A stretch of DNA of 64,000 nucleotides from an uncultured Candidatus Saccharibacteria bacterium (GTDB taxonomy: Bacteria > Patescibacteriota > WWE3 > 2-01-FULL-39-13), in the NCBI GenBank assembly GCA_965230915.1, contig OZ246395.1, positions 472,935 through 536,934 on the forward strand. Reading direction: 5' to 3'. Below the pieces are notes generated by a model that was given only the letters and a program-made list of their open reading frames with translations, did not search any database and was not told the origin of the DNA. The stretch's first letter is position 1. Every line of letters begins with the position of its first letter. Made by a program: the position numbers and the translations under genes. Below, one piece after another: positions 40,593-50,185 of the stretch.

Positions 40593-40627
40593 TTTACTAT
40601 ATTTGTCGAAACTTATTTAATAAAATT

Positions 40628-41092
40628 ATGAAAAATTACTTATATTTATCTATAATAATAGTAATATTGCTGAGTATATATGGGTTCTATTATGGATGGT
40701 ATTTTGCTATTGACTTAATACCAGAAATTCTTAAATTCCTGGTACCCGCAGTAATTTCAATTTTCCTTCTAGATAAAATTAAATTTCAAAGAGAAAGGAG
40801 AGAAAATTTAATACACGATATTCTCTTCGATATGAATGAAGCTACTGACGGCGGAAATCCTTCCCCTTTAACTAAAAGGTTCAATAGTATAGCGATAATA
40901 CATAATGATGATAAGGAAATTATGACTAGATTAAGAGAACTAAAATATAAATTTGCAAATAATGTCGGACATCAATCCGAAAGACAATCTGATTTAATAG
41001 GCTTGGTGCAATTAATTGCAAAAAAATCTGATATATACCTATGTAGAGAGGATATTGAGGTTCAACTAAAACCCGCAAAACGGAATGACTGA
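40628..41092 (+). CDS. Two-TM protein with DUF6680-like helical domain
   Basis: TM helices, then RERR...FNSIAIIHNDDKEI...LIGLVQLIAK...DI....P. Confidence 0.6.
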   Translation: MKNYLYLSIIIVILLSIYGFYYGWYFAIDLIPEILKFLVPAVISIFLLDKIKFQRERRENLIHDILFDMNEATDGGNPSPLTKRFNSIAIIHNDDKEIMTRLRELKYKFANNVGHQSERQSDLIGLVQLIAKKSDIYLCREDIEVQLKPAKRND

Positions 41093-41714
41093 AATACAGC
41101 AATCAAATATATTGATCGAAAAACATTTTGATAGGATAAGAGATTGGGCTATTGGTGATATTAAAAGATGCTGTAATTTTAACCCTGATGGCACTTGCAG
41201 TGATAATGGAGCGTTAGTTGGAGCTTTCATATTATGGTGCTGTGCGATTGATTATTATGGAGGACTACTGACTTCAAACTCAGATGCAGGTGGAGGTACA
41301 AAACATCGAATGGCCGCTTTTATCGGGAAGTATATGCCTATTTATGACGCCGATCTGATTATAGATTTGAGATGGTCTCTCCTGCACTATTACTCTCCAA
41401 ACCATTTTCTTCTGATGCATGAAAATGAAATTGAGCAGGCGCGTAAATTTCATCTTTTACAAACAGAAAGAGGAATTATTCTTCATCTAGGTTGTTCAAT
41501 TCGAGATTTAGAAACTGCTATTAATCAATATGAAGCTGATCTTAAGAGTGATAATAAATTGAAACTAAATTTATATCACTACTATCAAAGCAAGCCAATT
41601 ATTATGCCGGTGAAACAAGTTAGAGTGGGATATTTATCATCTTCAGCAAGTGGAACTGCAATACCTCCCTTATCGGCTTCAGGCACGGTCGGAGAGTTTG
41701 ACTGGTATAAGTAA
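41085..41714 (+). CDS. Putative HEPN-domain RNase
   Basis: AFILWCCAID helix and LRWSLLH (Rx4H); overlaps upstream gene by 8 nt. Confidence 0.65.
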   Translation: MTEIQQSNILIEKHFDRIRDWAIGDIKRCCNFNPDGTCSDNGALVGAFILWCCAIDYYGGLLTSNSDAGGGTKHRMAAFIGKYMPIYDADLIIDLRWSLLHYYSPNHFLLMHENEIEQARKFHLLQTERGIILHLGCSIRDLETAINQYEADLKSDNKLKLNLYHYYQSKPIIMPVKQVRVGYLSSSASGTAIPPLSASGTVGEFDWYK

Positions 41715-42064
41715 CTTCACAAATATCTATTAAGTCCTTTTCATACAAACATCCAAATCAACGAAAGTTAGTATTAGTGGAGAACCTTCACTTAGTTTTA
41801 CTTCGGGGTCAAAAAAGTTATCCCACCATAGAATTTCCCTAAAAGCCTATATCATGGTATATTTCTGATATCAAAAACAGAAAAAGTCTTTAAACCTTTT
41901 TGTAGATTTTTTCTGTTTTTGCCACCCTAAATGGACGCCGCGTCCATTACAGGATCTCTTCTTCATACTACCGAGGGGTGGTTTTAAGTTCTAGTTTAAA
42001 CTAGATACTATAAAACCACCCTGAGGTAAGATTTCTTTAATCTTTTTAAGATATAATTACATCA

Positions 42065-42724
42065 ATGAAAATCGACATAATCACTATATTCCCTGAAATG
42101 TTTGGCGAGGTTTTTAAGGGCGGCATTCTTGGTCAAGCTTTAAAATCAGGCTTAGTTGAAATAAATATACGCAATTTAAGAGACTATACAAACTATAGAC
42201 ACAATCAAGTTGACGACCGCCCTTTTGGTGGTGGTGCAGGAATGGTTTTAATGCCAGAACCATTATTTCAAGCAATCGAAAGCCTAAAAACTGATTCTTC
42301 TATAGTTATCTTTTTAACACCATCAGGCCGAAAGTTTAGTCAACAAATTTCCGAAGAACTATCTAAAAACCAACATTTGATTTTAATATGTGGAAGATAC
42401 GAAGGAATTGACCAACGTGTAATTGATGAATTAGTAGACGAAGAAATTTCAATCGGTGACTATGTCTTAAGCGGCGGTGAAATTCCAGCAATGGTTTTAG
42501 TTGACTCGATCACCAGACTTGTACCAGGTGTTATAAAAAATGAAGAATTTAACAATAGCGAGTCTTTTTCTAATCCAAATGATCGAACCCAATTAGATTA
42601 TCCTCAATATACTCGCCCCGAAGATTTTCGTGGTTTGAAAGTGCCAGAAATATTACTTTCAGGAAATCATAAAGAAGTTGAAAAATGGCGTGAATCAACA
42701 AGGCGCAAGTTGGCAAATCAATAG
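42065..42724 (+). CDS. trmD: tRNA (guanine37-N1)-methyltransferase
   Basis: DDRPFGGGAGM, CGRYEGID, SIGDYVLSGGE, YPQYTRP. Confidence 0.98.
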   Translation: MKIDIITIFPEMFGEVFKGGILGQALKSGLVEINIRNLRDYTNYRHNQVDDRPFGGGAGMVLMPEPLFQAIESLKTDSSIVIFLTPSGRKFSQQISEELSKNQHLILICGRYEGIDQRVIDELVDEEISIGDYVLSGGEIPAMVLVDSITRLVPGVIKNEEFNNSESFSNPNDRTQLDYPQYTRPEDFRGLKVPEILLSGNHKEVEKWRESTRRKLANQ

Positions 42725-42782
42725 CTCCATAGTATAGTACCCCAAGATTACTAGAATCCTGATACAGAAAGGTATTAAAAAG

Positions 42783-43019
42783 ATGCATCAAATCGTTCTG
42801 TTTTTGCCTGGTGCAAGTCTAAACAGTTGGATTCATATAACTGTGTGTCTTATTGCACTAGGAGTTTTGCTGTTTTGTGAGATCATCATCCCATCTTTTA
42901 CTTTAGCCTATATGCTGGCGGATGATAAAAGATATAACTGGATTTCGGGTATATCTGGCACTGTTTTTGCGTATTTTTTATGCTTATACGTCATAAGGGT
43001 TTATTATGGCTTACCCTAG
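42783..43019 (+). CDS. Small 2-TM hypothetical protein
   Basis: GAAAGG SD, hydrophobic ORF, own terminator. Confidence 0.55.
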   Translation: MHQIVLFLPGASLNSWIHITVCLIALGVLLFCEIIIPSFTLAYMLADDKRYNWISGISGTVFAYFLCLYVIRVYYGLP

Positions 43020-43044
43020 TACCCTTATGAATTTGGTCACACTT

Positions 43045-43085
43045 CCGTAAACGGAAATTCATACATCCGTTTACGGTTTTTTTTT
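43045..43085 (+). terminator. Intrinsic terminator
   Basis: CCGTAAACGGA/TCCGTTTACGG followed by T9. Confidence 0.85.
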
Positions 43086-43146
43086 ATAAAAATCCGCACC
43101 CGAATAACTCCCAACATAAGAACTTTCGTGTTATTATTCAGTAATC

Positions 43147-46100
43147 ATGCCCGAGTATGGCGATAAATTCCAAAAAATATATACCGGATTAAATACAGAA
43201 CAGCGCAAAGCTGTTGATGTAATCGATGGTCCTGTTTTAGTTTTAGCTGGGCCAGGTACCGGCAAGACACAAGTTTTAACTGCAAGAATCGCAAATATTT
43301 TATTAAAAACTGATACTCCACCCGATGCAATTTTGGCTTTAACTTTTACAGAATCAGGAGTTCGCGCCATGCGTGAACGTCTTCTTTCGATTATCGGGCC
43401 AACTGCATACTATGTGAGTATTCACACATTTCATTCATTTGCCAGCGAAATAATAAGGGCAAATCCAGATGAATTTATAATCTCAGCTCAACTCGAATCA
43501 TTATCAGATTTAGAACGTGTCAGAATTTTTAAAGAAATATTTGATGAACTAGATTTACAAAATATCAAACCCTTTAATGCTCCATACTTTTACTTGCAAA
43601 CTGCAATTTCAAAAATAAAAGACCTAAAACGCGAAGCGGTTGATCCGCTGGAATATTTAAAGCACATAGAAGAATCAAAAGATAAATTAGAGGAAAAAGA
43701 TTATTTAAAAAACCAAGAACTGCAACAGGTTTATACGTTATACCAAGAAAAGCTAAAGTTATATGGCAGATACGACTTCGAAGACATGATTAATTTCGTA
43801 ATCGATCGTTTTAAAACTTCCCCTAACCTTTTGCAAAAGTATCAGGAACGCTTTTTATATTTCTTGGTTGATGAATTTCAAGATACCAACTCGGCACAGG
43901 CAGAACTTTTATATTTGTTAAGTTCATATTGGGATCCTGCACCTAATTTGTTTGTAGTTGGTGATGATGACCAATCCATTTATAGATTTCAAGGTGCTTC
44001 GATTGAAAATATAATTAAATTTAATGAGAAATATCCCGATTCGGCAAAAATTGCATTGGTAGAAAACTACAGAAGTATTCAACCAATTTTAGATGCAGCT
44101 CAAAAAGTTATCGGTAAAAATTCGCAAAGAATCAGTAATAAGCTAGCAATTAGCAAAGATCAGAAAGCTAACCAAAGCCATGATTCTGAAATTTCAATCA
44201 GTTTTTCGGAATTTTCGTCTTCGTATACTGAAAATCACTTTATTGCATCAACTATTAAAGAATTAATAGACAATGGAATTGATGGCAGTGAAATTGCCGT
44301 AATTTATAGAAATAATTCTGACTCTATTGATATTGCTGATATGTTATCGAGACTTGGTGTTGAATACACATTAGAAGGCGGAGAAAACGTTTTACAGAAT
44401 GGAATAATCGTTCGTTTAATGCATCTATTACGTGTAACACAAAAAGTCCGAATTATGGATGAAGATTTGGATATTTTCACTTTACTGAATTACGAATTTA
44501 CAAAAGTAAAGCCACTAGATGTTTTAAAACTTTCCAGATTTGCATCAAGCCATAAAATCAATTTTTTTGAAGCATTATCACATTCTGATATCAAAGCTGC
44601 TGGGCTAGAAAATTTAGAGTCAATCACCAGCTTTTACGAAAAAATAGTTTCCTGGAATGAACATTGTTCAACTTGCACAATCACAGAATTAATTGAACAA
44701 ATAATGGAAGAATCAGGCTATCTAAACTGGATACTGGGACAACCGGCCAACTACGAATATCTGAATAAATTAAACTCTTTCTTATCTGAAGTTAAACGCT
44801 TAAATTACACAAACCGTGAACTAAAGTTAGAGGAATTTTTAAATTATATTGATTTGATGATCGAAAATAATATTTCGATTTCGGAAGAAACAATTTATAT
44901 AGAAAAGAATGCCGTTAGATTAATGACCGCGCATAAGTCAAAAGGTCTTGAATTTAAATATGTGTTTATTCCGAAATTTATTGATAAAAAGTGGAGTAAC
45001 ACGGTAACACGCGATTTAATTAAATTACCAACGACTATTTTGTCTACAATTGGCGAGTTCACTAAAATAGAAGAAAAAGTTCACCAAGAAGAAGATGATC
45101 GACGTCTGTTTTTTGTCGTTTTAACGCGTGCAAAAGATCATATTTATATGACATCGGCAAAAAACTATCAGACGAATACATATTCAAAAGAAGGAATTCC
45201 GAGTATGTTCTATCACGAATTGCCTGAAGATAATATTGAAGTTCTAGACTCTACAAAATATGAGCAAAATACAGCTGAAATTCTAAGAGAACTTGTAAAA
45301 CCTGCGCCTGATAATACAAGAATCGAAACCGACGAAGAAGCATTTTTAAAAAATTCATTAAAAGATTTTAAGCTTAGCGCGTCGTCATTAAATAGCTATT
45401 TAGACTGCGCATACAAATTTAAATTAGAGTTTTTATTCAAGACTCCGGCACCTAAGGTTCGTGCTCTTATATTAGGAATTGCAGTCCACAAGGCACTTGA
45501 AATGGCGCACAAAGAATCAATGGCAAAAAGAGTTCCATCTTATGAATATATTGTAAAAGAATTTAAGACAGAACTTAAAAAAGAATTATTGTCTGAAAAA
45601 GAATACATGGAAATCGAATCCGAAGGTGTATCGATAATGAAAATTTATTATGAGACTTATCTAAAGGAATTTGAAAACCCGACGCATAACATTTTATTTT
45701 TAGAAAAATTCTTTGGTTGGGGATGGAGCAAGCCATTACTTGATGGAAGCATTCACTTACAAGGTAAAGTTGATAAGATTTTGACACTCGACCCTGCTGC
45801 TAAAACTATTCGTGTCGTCGATTATAAAACCGGAAAACCACATACAAGGAATGAAATATTGGGCAATACTAAATATGCCGACCCTAGCCAATATCGACAA
45901 TTACTTTTCTATAAACTTTTATTAGAACTGGATAAATCATTTGGTTATAAAGTTCAGGAAGTTGAACTCGACTACATTGGAAACCGCGGAGGAAAACCGA
46001 AACGTGAACTTTTTACAATTAACGAGAATGATTTAGAAACCTTAAAAGAAACAATCAGAAATGTATATAAAAATATTCATGAATTAAAATTCATGCGCAC

Positions 46101-46221
46101 TAAAAATTACAGTATTTGTGAGAATTGTAAATTCAGATATCACTGCTGGCCGGATGGAATCCCTCAGACAACAACCCAAGAAGCTGAAAGTTCTACTGAG
46201 CAGCTTGTCCTTTCAATTTAA
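43147..46221 (+). CDS. UvrD/PcrA-like helicase fused to PD-(D/E)XK nuclease (AdnAB/AddA-like)
   Basis: AGPGTGKT, VDEFQD, GDDDQSIY, TAHKSKGLE; C-terminal GKVD...DYKTG with Cys staple (C...CxxCxxxxxC). Confidence 0.93.
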   Translation: MPEYGDKFQKIYTGLNTEQRKAVDVIDGPVLVLAGPGTGKTQVLTARIANILLKTDTPPDAILALTFTESGVRAMRERLLSIIGPTAYYVSIHTFHSFASEIIRANPDEFIISAQLESLSDLERVRIFKEIFDELDLQNIKPFNAPYFYLQTAISKIKDLKREAVDPLEYLKHIEESKDKLEEKDYLKNQELQQVYTLYQEKLKLYGRYDFEDMINFVIDRFKTSPNLLQKYQERFLYFLVDEFQDTNSAQAELLYLLSSYWDPAPNLFVVGDDDQSIYRFQGASIENIIKFNEKYPDSAKIALVENYRSIQPILDAAQKVIGKNSQRISNKLAISKDQKANQSHDSEISISFSEFSSSYTENHFIASTIKELIDNGIDGSEIAVIYRNNSDSIDIADMLSRLGVEYTLEGGENVLQNGIIVRLMHLLRVTQKVRIMDEDLDIFTLLNYEFTKVKPLDVLKLSRFASSHKINFFEALSHSDIKAAGLENLESITSFYEKIVSWNEHCSTCTITELIEQIMEESGYLNWILGQPANYEYLNKLNSFLSEVKRLNYTNRELKLEEFLNYIDLMIENNISISEETIYIEKNAVRLMTAHKSKGLEFKYVFIPKFIDKKWSNTVTRDLIKLPTTILSTIGEFTKIEEKVHQEEDDRRLFFVVLTRAKDHIYMTSAKNYQTNTYSKEGIPSMFYHELPEDNIEVLDSTKYEQNTAEILRELVKPAPDNTRIETDEEAFLKNSLKDFKLSASSLNSYLDCAYKFKLEFLFKTPAPKVRALILGIAVHKALEMAHKESMAKRVPSYEYIVKEFKTELKKELLSEKEYMEIESEGVSIMKIYYETYLKEFENPTHNILFLEKFFGWGWSKPLLDGSIHLQGKVDKILTLDPAAKTIRVVDYKTGKPHTRNEILGNTKYADPSQYRQLLFYKLLLELDKSFGYKVQEVELDYIGNRGGKPKRELFTINENDLETLKETIRNVYKNIHELKFMRTKNYSICENCKFRYHCWPDGIPQTTTQEAESSTEQLVLSI

Positions 46222-47152
46222 ATTTTCGTATTTTCCAAAATAATGAATAAGAAAAATTGAATAAGTGATAAACAAACGGATTTATAACAAAATCATATGA
46301 ATCGATATGTTCGACTAGTTCACCGCCATAGCCTAATTTGAATTTAGTAAAACCCCAATATTCATTATTTTTGTCGTTGGTTGCTCCCCACATATCGAAT
46401 ATTTTACAACCTAGTTTCTTACCTAGTTTTATTGCTTCATATGCCATTAAATTAGAAGCCATCAGATCTTTATATTCGGTCGATGAACCTCCATATGTAT
46501 AATAAATAGTATTTTCATTATTAAATAGCATCCAAGCAGCAAGAGGTTCGCCATTGTATTCAGCGACTAAAATATTTGCTTTATCGTGTTCGTTTAAAGT
46601 TTCAAATGCTTCAGTGAAATATTTATCTGAATGTGTCAAAAATCCTTGCCTTTTTGCTGTTTCATTGTGTAAATCTAAAAATGTTTTTAACCCTTTTGAA
46701 TTATTCTCAATTGAAACAACGACACCCCTACGTGCCGCTAACCTGGAATTGTAACGCGTCTTTTGCTCAAATCCTGCAATAATTTCTTCTTCGGGTCTGT
46801 CTAAATCTACTAAAATATTCCATTTTGTAAATGTATCTCTTGGTGACCGGCGACAATTAGATTTTAATTTGTCTTCAATTCTTTTGCTATTTTCGTCTTT
46901 TAGAACATTCGGAATATCAAAACGAACAACAATACACCGTTCTTCACGGGCTGCGGCTCTTAATGCATTCCAGCTAAATTTCTGTAACTCAAAATTAACC
47001 TTTGGAGCATATCCAACAAAGTATGGGGTAAATGGAATTGCATGTTTTGTAAACTGAATATCACCAACTTTTACAGAAGGTGTGCCCATTTTTGTTTTAA
47101 ATTCTCCCCATTCAGGAGTTTGCACAATATGTACGTCAAGTTGGTTTTTCAT
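46193..47152 (-). CDS. FemABX-family peptidoglycan bridge aminoacyltransferase
   Basis: QTPEWGEFK, KTRYN, YTYGGS, FDMWG, FKLGYGG. Confidence 0.9.
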   Translation of the reverse strand: MKNQLDVHIVQTPEWGEFKTKMGTPSVKVGDIQFTKHAIPFTPYFVGYAPKVNFELQKFSWNALRAAAREERCIVVRFDIPNVLKDENSKRIEDKLKSNCRRSPRDTFTKWNILVDLDRPEEEIIAGFEQKTRYNSRLAARRGVVVSIENNSKGLKTFLDLHNETAKRQGFLTHSDKYFTEAFETLNEHDKANILVAEYNGEPLAAWMLFNNENTIYYTYGGSSTEYKDLMASNLMAYEAIKLGKKLGCKIFDMWGATNDKNNEYWGFTKFKLGYGGELVEHIDSYDFVINPFVYHLFNFSYSLFWKIRKFKLKGQAAQ

Positions 47153-47172
47153 GTTGTTAAACAATTTTACAC

Positions 47173-47961
47173 CTAATTGGAATGCGTTTTTGAATATATC
47201 TCAAGCCACTTTAGTAAGTCAATGTTTTGTGGTCTTAAAGTTGATTCAACCTTTACACTTTCTAAAAATTCTTTGTCGTAAACTTTGTTAATCATTTTTC
47301 TCGGATTTTTGTAAACATGATGTAAAAACTTTGACCAGTTTTTAAATCCAATTTTTTCAATTTGTTTCGCAGCTTTATCTTCGCGTGTCATTTTTATAAC
47401 AATACTTTTAACCATCGGCTCAGGATAAAAATCTTTTTCTGAAACAAATCGTACATGCTCAACCTTATAGCCCAAAGTAATAAATGACCAATAATTTGCA
47501 GATGGAATATCAGATAACAATTTTTCTCCTACTTCTTTTTGCATCATCAAAACTATCTTTTTCGGACGCTGGTTTATTGGAAGTTCAAGTAATTTATGAA
47601 TAATGGGAGATGTTATGTAATATGGGATCGATCCGACCACTTTAAAATCACCGTTGTAATGGCTTAAATCGGCATCTAAAAAATTCTCATTAATTACATT
47701 AATATTATTTTCTTTGAATTCTCTATTTAAAATAGGAACAAGTGACTTGTCGAGTTCGTAAACATCTAGAGATGCACATGGATATCGAACTAAGAAAGCT
47801 GTTACGGCACCTTGTCCTCCTCCAATTTCTAATACATGGTCTGATTCAGAAATTTCAAGATGACGCGCCATATCAGCTGCAACAGAAATATTTGTTAAGA
47901 AATTTTGTCCGAGAGATTTTTTAGGAACTACGTTTTTTTTATTGACTCTAAATTTTTCCAC
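47173..47961 (-). CDS. rsmA: 16S rRNA m6,2A dimethyltransferase
   Basis: KKSLGQNFL, VLEIGGGQG, SIPYYITSPI. Confidence 0.95.
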   Translation of the reverse strand: MEKFRVNKKNVVPKKSLGQNFLTNISVAADMARHLEISESDHVLEIGGGQGAVTAFLVRYPCASLDVYELDKSLVPILNREFKENNINVINENFLDADLSHYNGDFKVVGSIPYYITSPIIHKLLELPINQRPKKIVLMMQKEVGEKLLSDIPSANYWSFITLGYKVEHVRFVSEKDFYPEPMVKSIVIKMTREDKAAKQIEKIGFKNWSKFLHHVYKNPRKMINKVYDKEFLESVKVESTLRPQNIDLLKWLEIYSKTHSN

Positions 47962-47985
47962 TAATGTAAATTACCATAAATAAAC

Positions 47986-48041
47986 AAAACCACTATGCTA
48001 AATGATACGATCTTTTCAGATCAATACCACTAGCATAGTGG
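47986..48041 (-). terminator. Interrupted-hairpin terminator
   Basis: CCACTATGCTA...TAGCATAGTGG followed by TTTTGTTT on the minus strand. Confidence 0.7.
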
Positions 48042-48048
48042 AAACGCA

Positions 48049-48807
48049 CTACCGAAGGAGTTGTTTGGTCTTAGCCAAAAATGCCGAAAGGTATTTAACC
48101 ATCGTGCTACGACGCTGAAAAAGCGGCGGTTGGATCTCGATAATCGCTGGAACATCCTCCCCAACCTTCTCGCGAAGCGCAATGAGCATTGCACCAAGTT
48201 CGGTAAGCCTACCCACTGAAGCAAAATTCACCTTCTCATAGTCAGTGAGAGGTTGAACGTGAATCAGTTTGATAGAGTCGCTTGGCAAAGCTTCTAGCAA
48301 AGATCGCCAATCCAAGTTCGGACTACCATCGCGATGCTTGCGTCGAACATGCCTGGTGTCCCAACATAAATGGCCGCCTCCACTTGCAAAGTCAACATAA
48401 TCGGCGATGCTGAGACTGAGTTCGGGATGAATTTCGGAAACGCAATTCAGATCAGGATGTGTACCAGCTACATCATAAAAGTGATGCACAGAACATTGTG
48501 CGTTATCTATCCATCGCATCGTCTCACGACTGAACAATAACCAATTCCTGATGTGTGAGAGCTTTTTATCCCTCACGGTGTTCCTAATTGTCTCTATAAG
48601 GTGATAATATTCCCATGCATCTTCGTATGAGATTGTTGTCTCATCGAGATCTCTTCGAGCTACGTTCAAACCCCAGATAGGCAAAACCTGAAACTTGCGC
48701 CTGCCGGTAAAACCGCAGTCTTTTGCAAGTTCAACAGCCCGCTCATAACCCCACGGCCCCCAGCTAAAAGGAAGCAATGTGGCCAAACTAGTGCCATACT
48801 CTCTCAT
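48049..48807 (-). CDS. Hypothetical protein, TIM-barrel sugar isomerase/endonuclease IV-like
   Basis: SEIHPE, LCWDTRH, IKLIHVQ, IIEI pattern; SD AGGAG. Confidence 0.65.
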   Translation of the reverse strand: MREYGTSLATLLPFSWGPWGYERAVELAKDCGFTGRRKFQVLPIWGLNVARRDLDETTISYEDAWEYYHLIETIRNTVRDKKLSHIRNWLLFSRETMRWIDNAQCSVHHFYDVAGTHPDLNCVSEIHPELSLSIADYVDFASGGGHLCWDTRHVRRKHRDGSPNLDWRSLLEALPSDSIKLIHVQPLTDYEKVNFASVGRLTELGAMLIALREKVGEDVPAIIEIQPPLFQRRSTMVKYLSAFLAKTKQLLR

Positions 48808-48951
48808 CTCAAACTCCTATTCTCTTTTGTGTGTGCGATATCTTGCTAACAGCAAAGATGCGCAAATTATAATGAAAATTTGAGAATTTACAATGCTATG
48901 GGTTTTAAATCAGTCCGTTAGTTTTTTTGATAAATTTCCTCTTGATTTTTT

Positions 48952-48978
48952 CTGTCACTCCCCCTATTATTCTGATAG
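48952..48978 (+). promoter_or_regulatory. Degenerate CIRCE-like operator over the hrcA promoter
   Basis: CTGTCACTC-N9-TTCTGATAG, same 9-9-9 geometry as TTAGCACTC-N9-GAGTGCTAA. Confidence 0.5.
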
Positions 48979-48980
48979 CC

Positions 48981-49709
48981 ATGTCACTAACATTAAGACA
49001 AAGTCAAATTTTAAAAGCAATCATCGAAGAATACATTGCCAGCGCAGAACCGGTCGCTTCAGTAGAACTTGTTGAACGAAGAAGACTCCCCGTTAGCGGA
49101 GCAACAGTTCGAAACATAATGTCCGATTTGGTCGATATGGGTTACCTTCAAATGCTTCATGTATCTAGCGGAAGAACTCCAACAGATATGGCATATCGCT
49201 ACTACATAAATGATTTAATGTCTGAAAGCGAAATTAGCGTTTTAGACGAAGTCGCATTAAAACAAAAAGTCTGGAACTCACGATATGAGCTAGAAAAACT
49301 TTTAAGAAGTTCTGCTCAAGCATTATCAGATGCTTCAGGTTGTTTAGGAATTGCACTGACATCAGACGGCTATTACGCCTTTTCAGGTGTTGGAAAAATT
49401 CTCGATATACCAGAGTTTTATGAAATTGAAGTTACAAAGTCCGTTTTAAGACTTATTGACGACTATGAATTAACTTTATCAATTTTGCAAAAAACACATT
49501 CTAATTCGCGAAATATTTCTATATTAATAGGAAGAGAAATCGGCCTAGCAAATATGGAACCTGTTTCTATTGTTTCGGCATTTACAAAAGTTGCCGACAA
49601 AAATTGTTTTATAGGAGTTATTGGACCAGCCCGCGCAGAATATGGCAAACTAATTCCAATTATTAAGTATATGTCTAATCTGCTCGAAGAGACTGGGGAA
49701 AGTTTATAA
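48981..49709 (+). CDS. hrcA: Heat-inducible transcription repressor (short form)
   Basis: RQSQILKAIIEEYI, ATVRN, HVSSGRTPT, GVIGPAR; heads grpE-dnaK-dnaJ. Confidence 0.94.
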   Translation: MSLTLRQSQILKAIIEEYIASAEPVASVELVERRRLPVSGATVRNIMSDLVDMGYLQMLHVSSGRTPTDMAYRYYINDLMSESEISVLDEVALKQKVWNSRYELEKLLRSSAQALSDASGCLGIALTSDGYYAFSGVGKILDIPEFYEIEVTKSVLRLIDDYELTLSILQKTHSNSRNISILIGREIGLANMEPVSIVSAFTKVADKNCFIGVIGPARAEYGKLIPIIKYMSNLLEETGESL

Positions 49710-49710
49710 A

Positions 49711-50178
49711 ATGTCTGAAAAACATAATAATAAAAATGAACAACATAAAAGTAAGGAAATCGAGCTACTTCAGCAAAAAGCAGAAGATTTTGAAAATAAA
49801 TATAAAAGAGCTTTAGCTGATTACACAAATTTGCAAAGACGCTCAGAAGAAGAGAAAGAAAAATTTATTAAATTTGCAAACGAAGTTTTAATCGTAAAAA
49901 TTTTAGAGATTTTCGACGATCTCGAACAATCTCAAAAACATATAAAAGACGAGGGTTTAAGCAAAGTTGTAGATAAATTCAAGAAATTTTTAAATGACAA
50001 TGGGGTCGAAGAAGTTGAATCTGAAGGAAAAGATTTTGATCCAGAAATACACGAAGCTATCGAATCTGTCGAAGGTGAAACAAATAAAGTTATAAAAGTA
50101 CATCGTAAAGGTTATAAGTTTTTTAATAAGCCTCTACGTACAGCAATAGTTGCTGTCGGAAGCGGCAAAAAAGGATAA
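49711..50178 (+). CDS. grpE: Nucleotide exchange factor GrpE
   Basis: [19 protein letters not shown]...LRTAIV. Confidence 0.95.
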   Translation: MSEKHNNKNEQHKSKEIELLQQKAEDFENKYKRALADYTNLQRRSEEEKEKFIKFANEVLIVKILEIFDDLEQSQKHIKDEGLSKVVDKFKKFLNDNGVEEVESEGKDFDPEIHEAIESVEGETNKVIKVHRKGYKFFNKPLRTAIVAVGSGKKG

Positions 50179-50185
50179 ATATATC

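Noticed and set aside
41730-41842. Short open frame on the minus strand (REILWWDNFF...)
   Set aside because: No start codon after the upstream stop; at most a remnant
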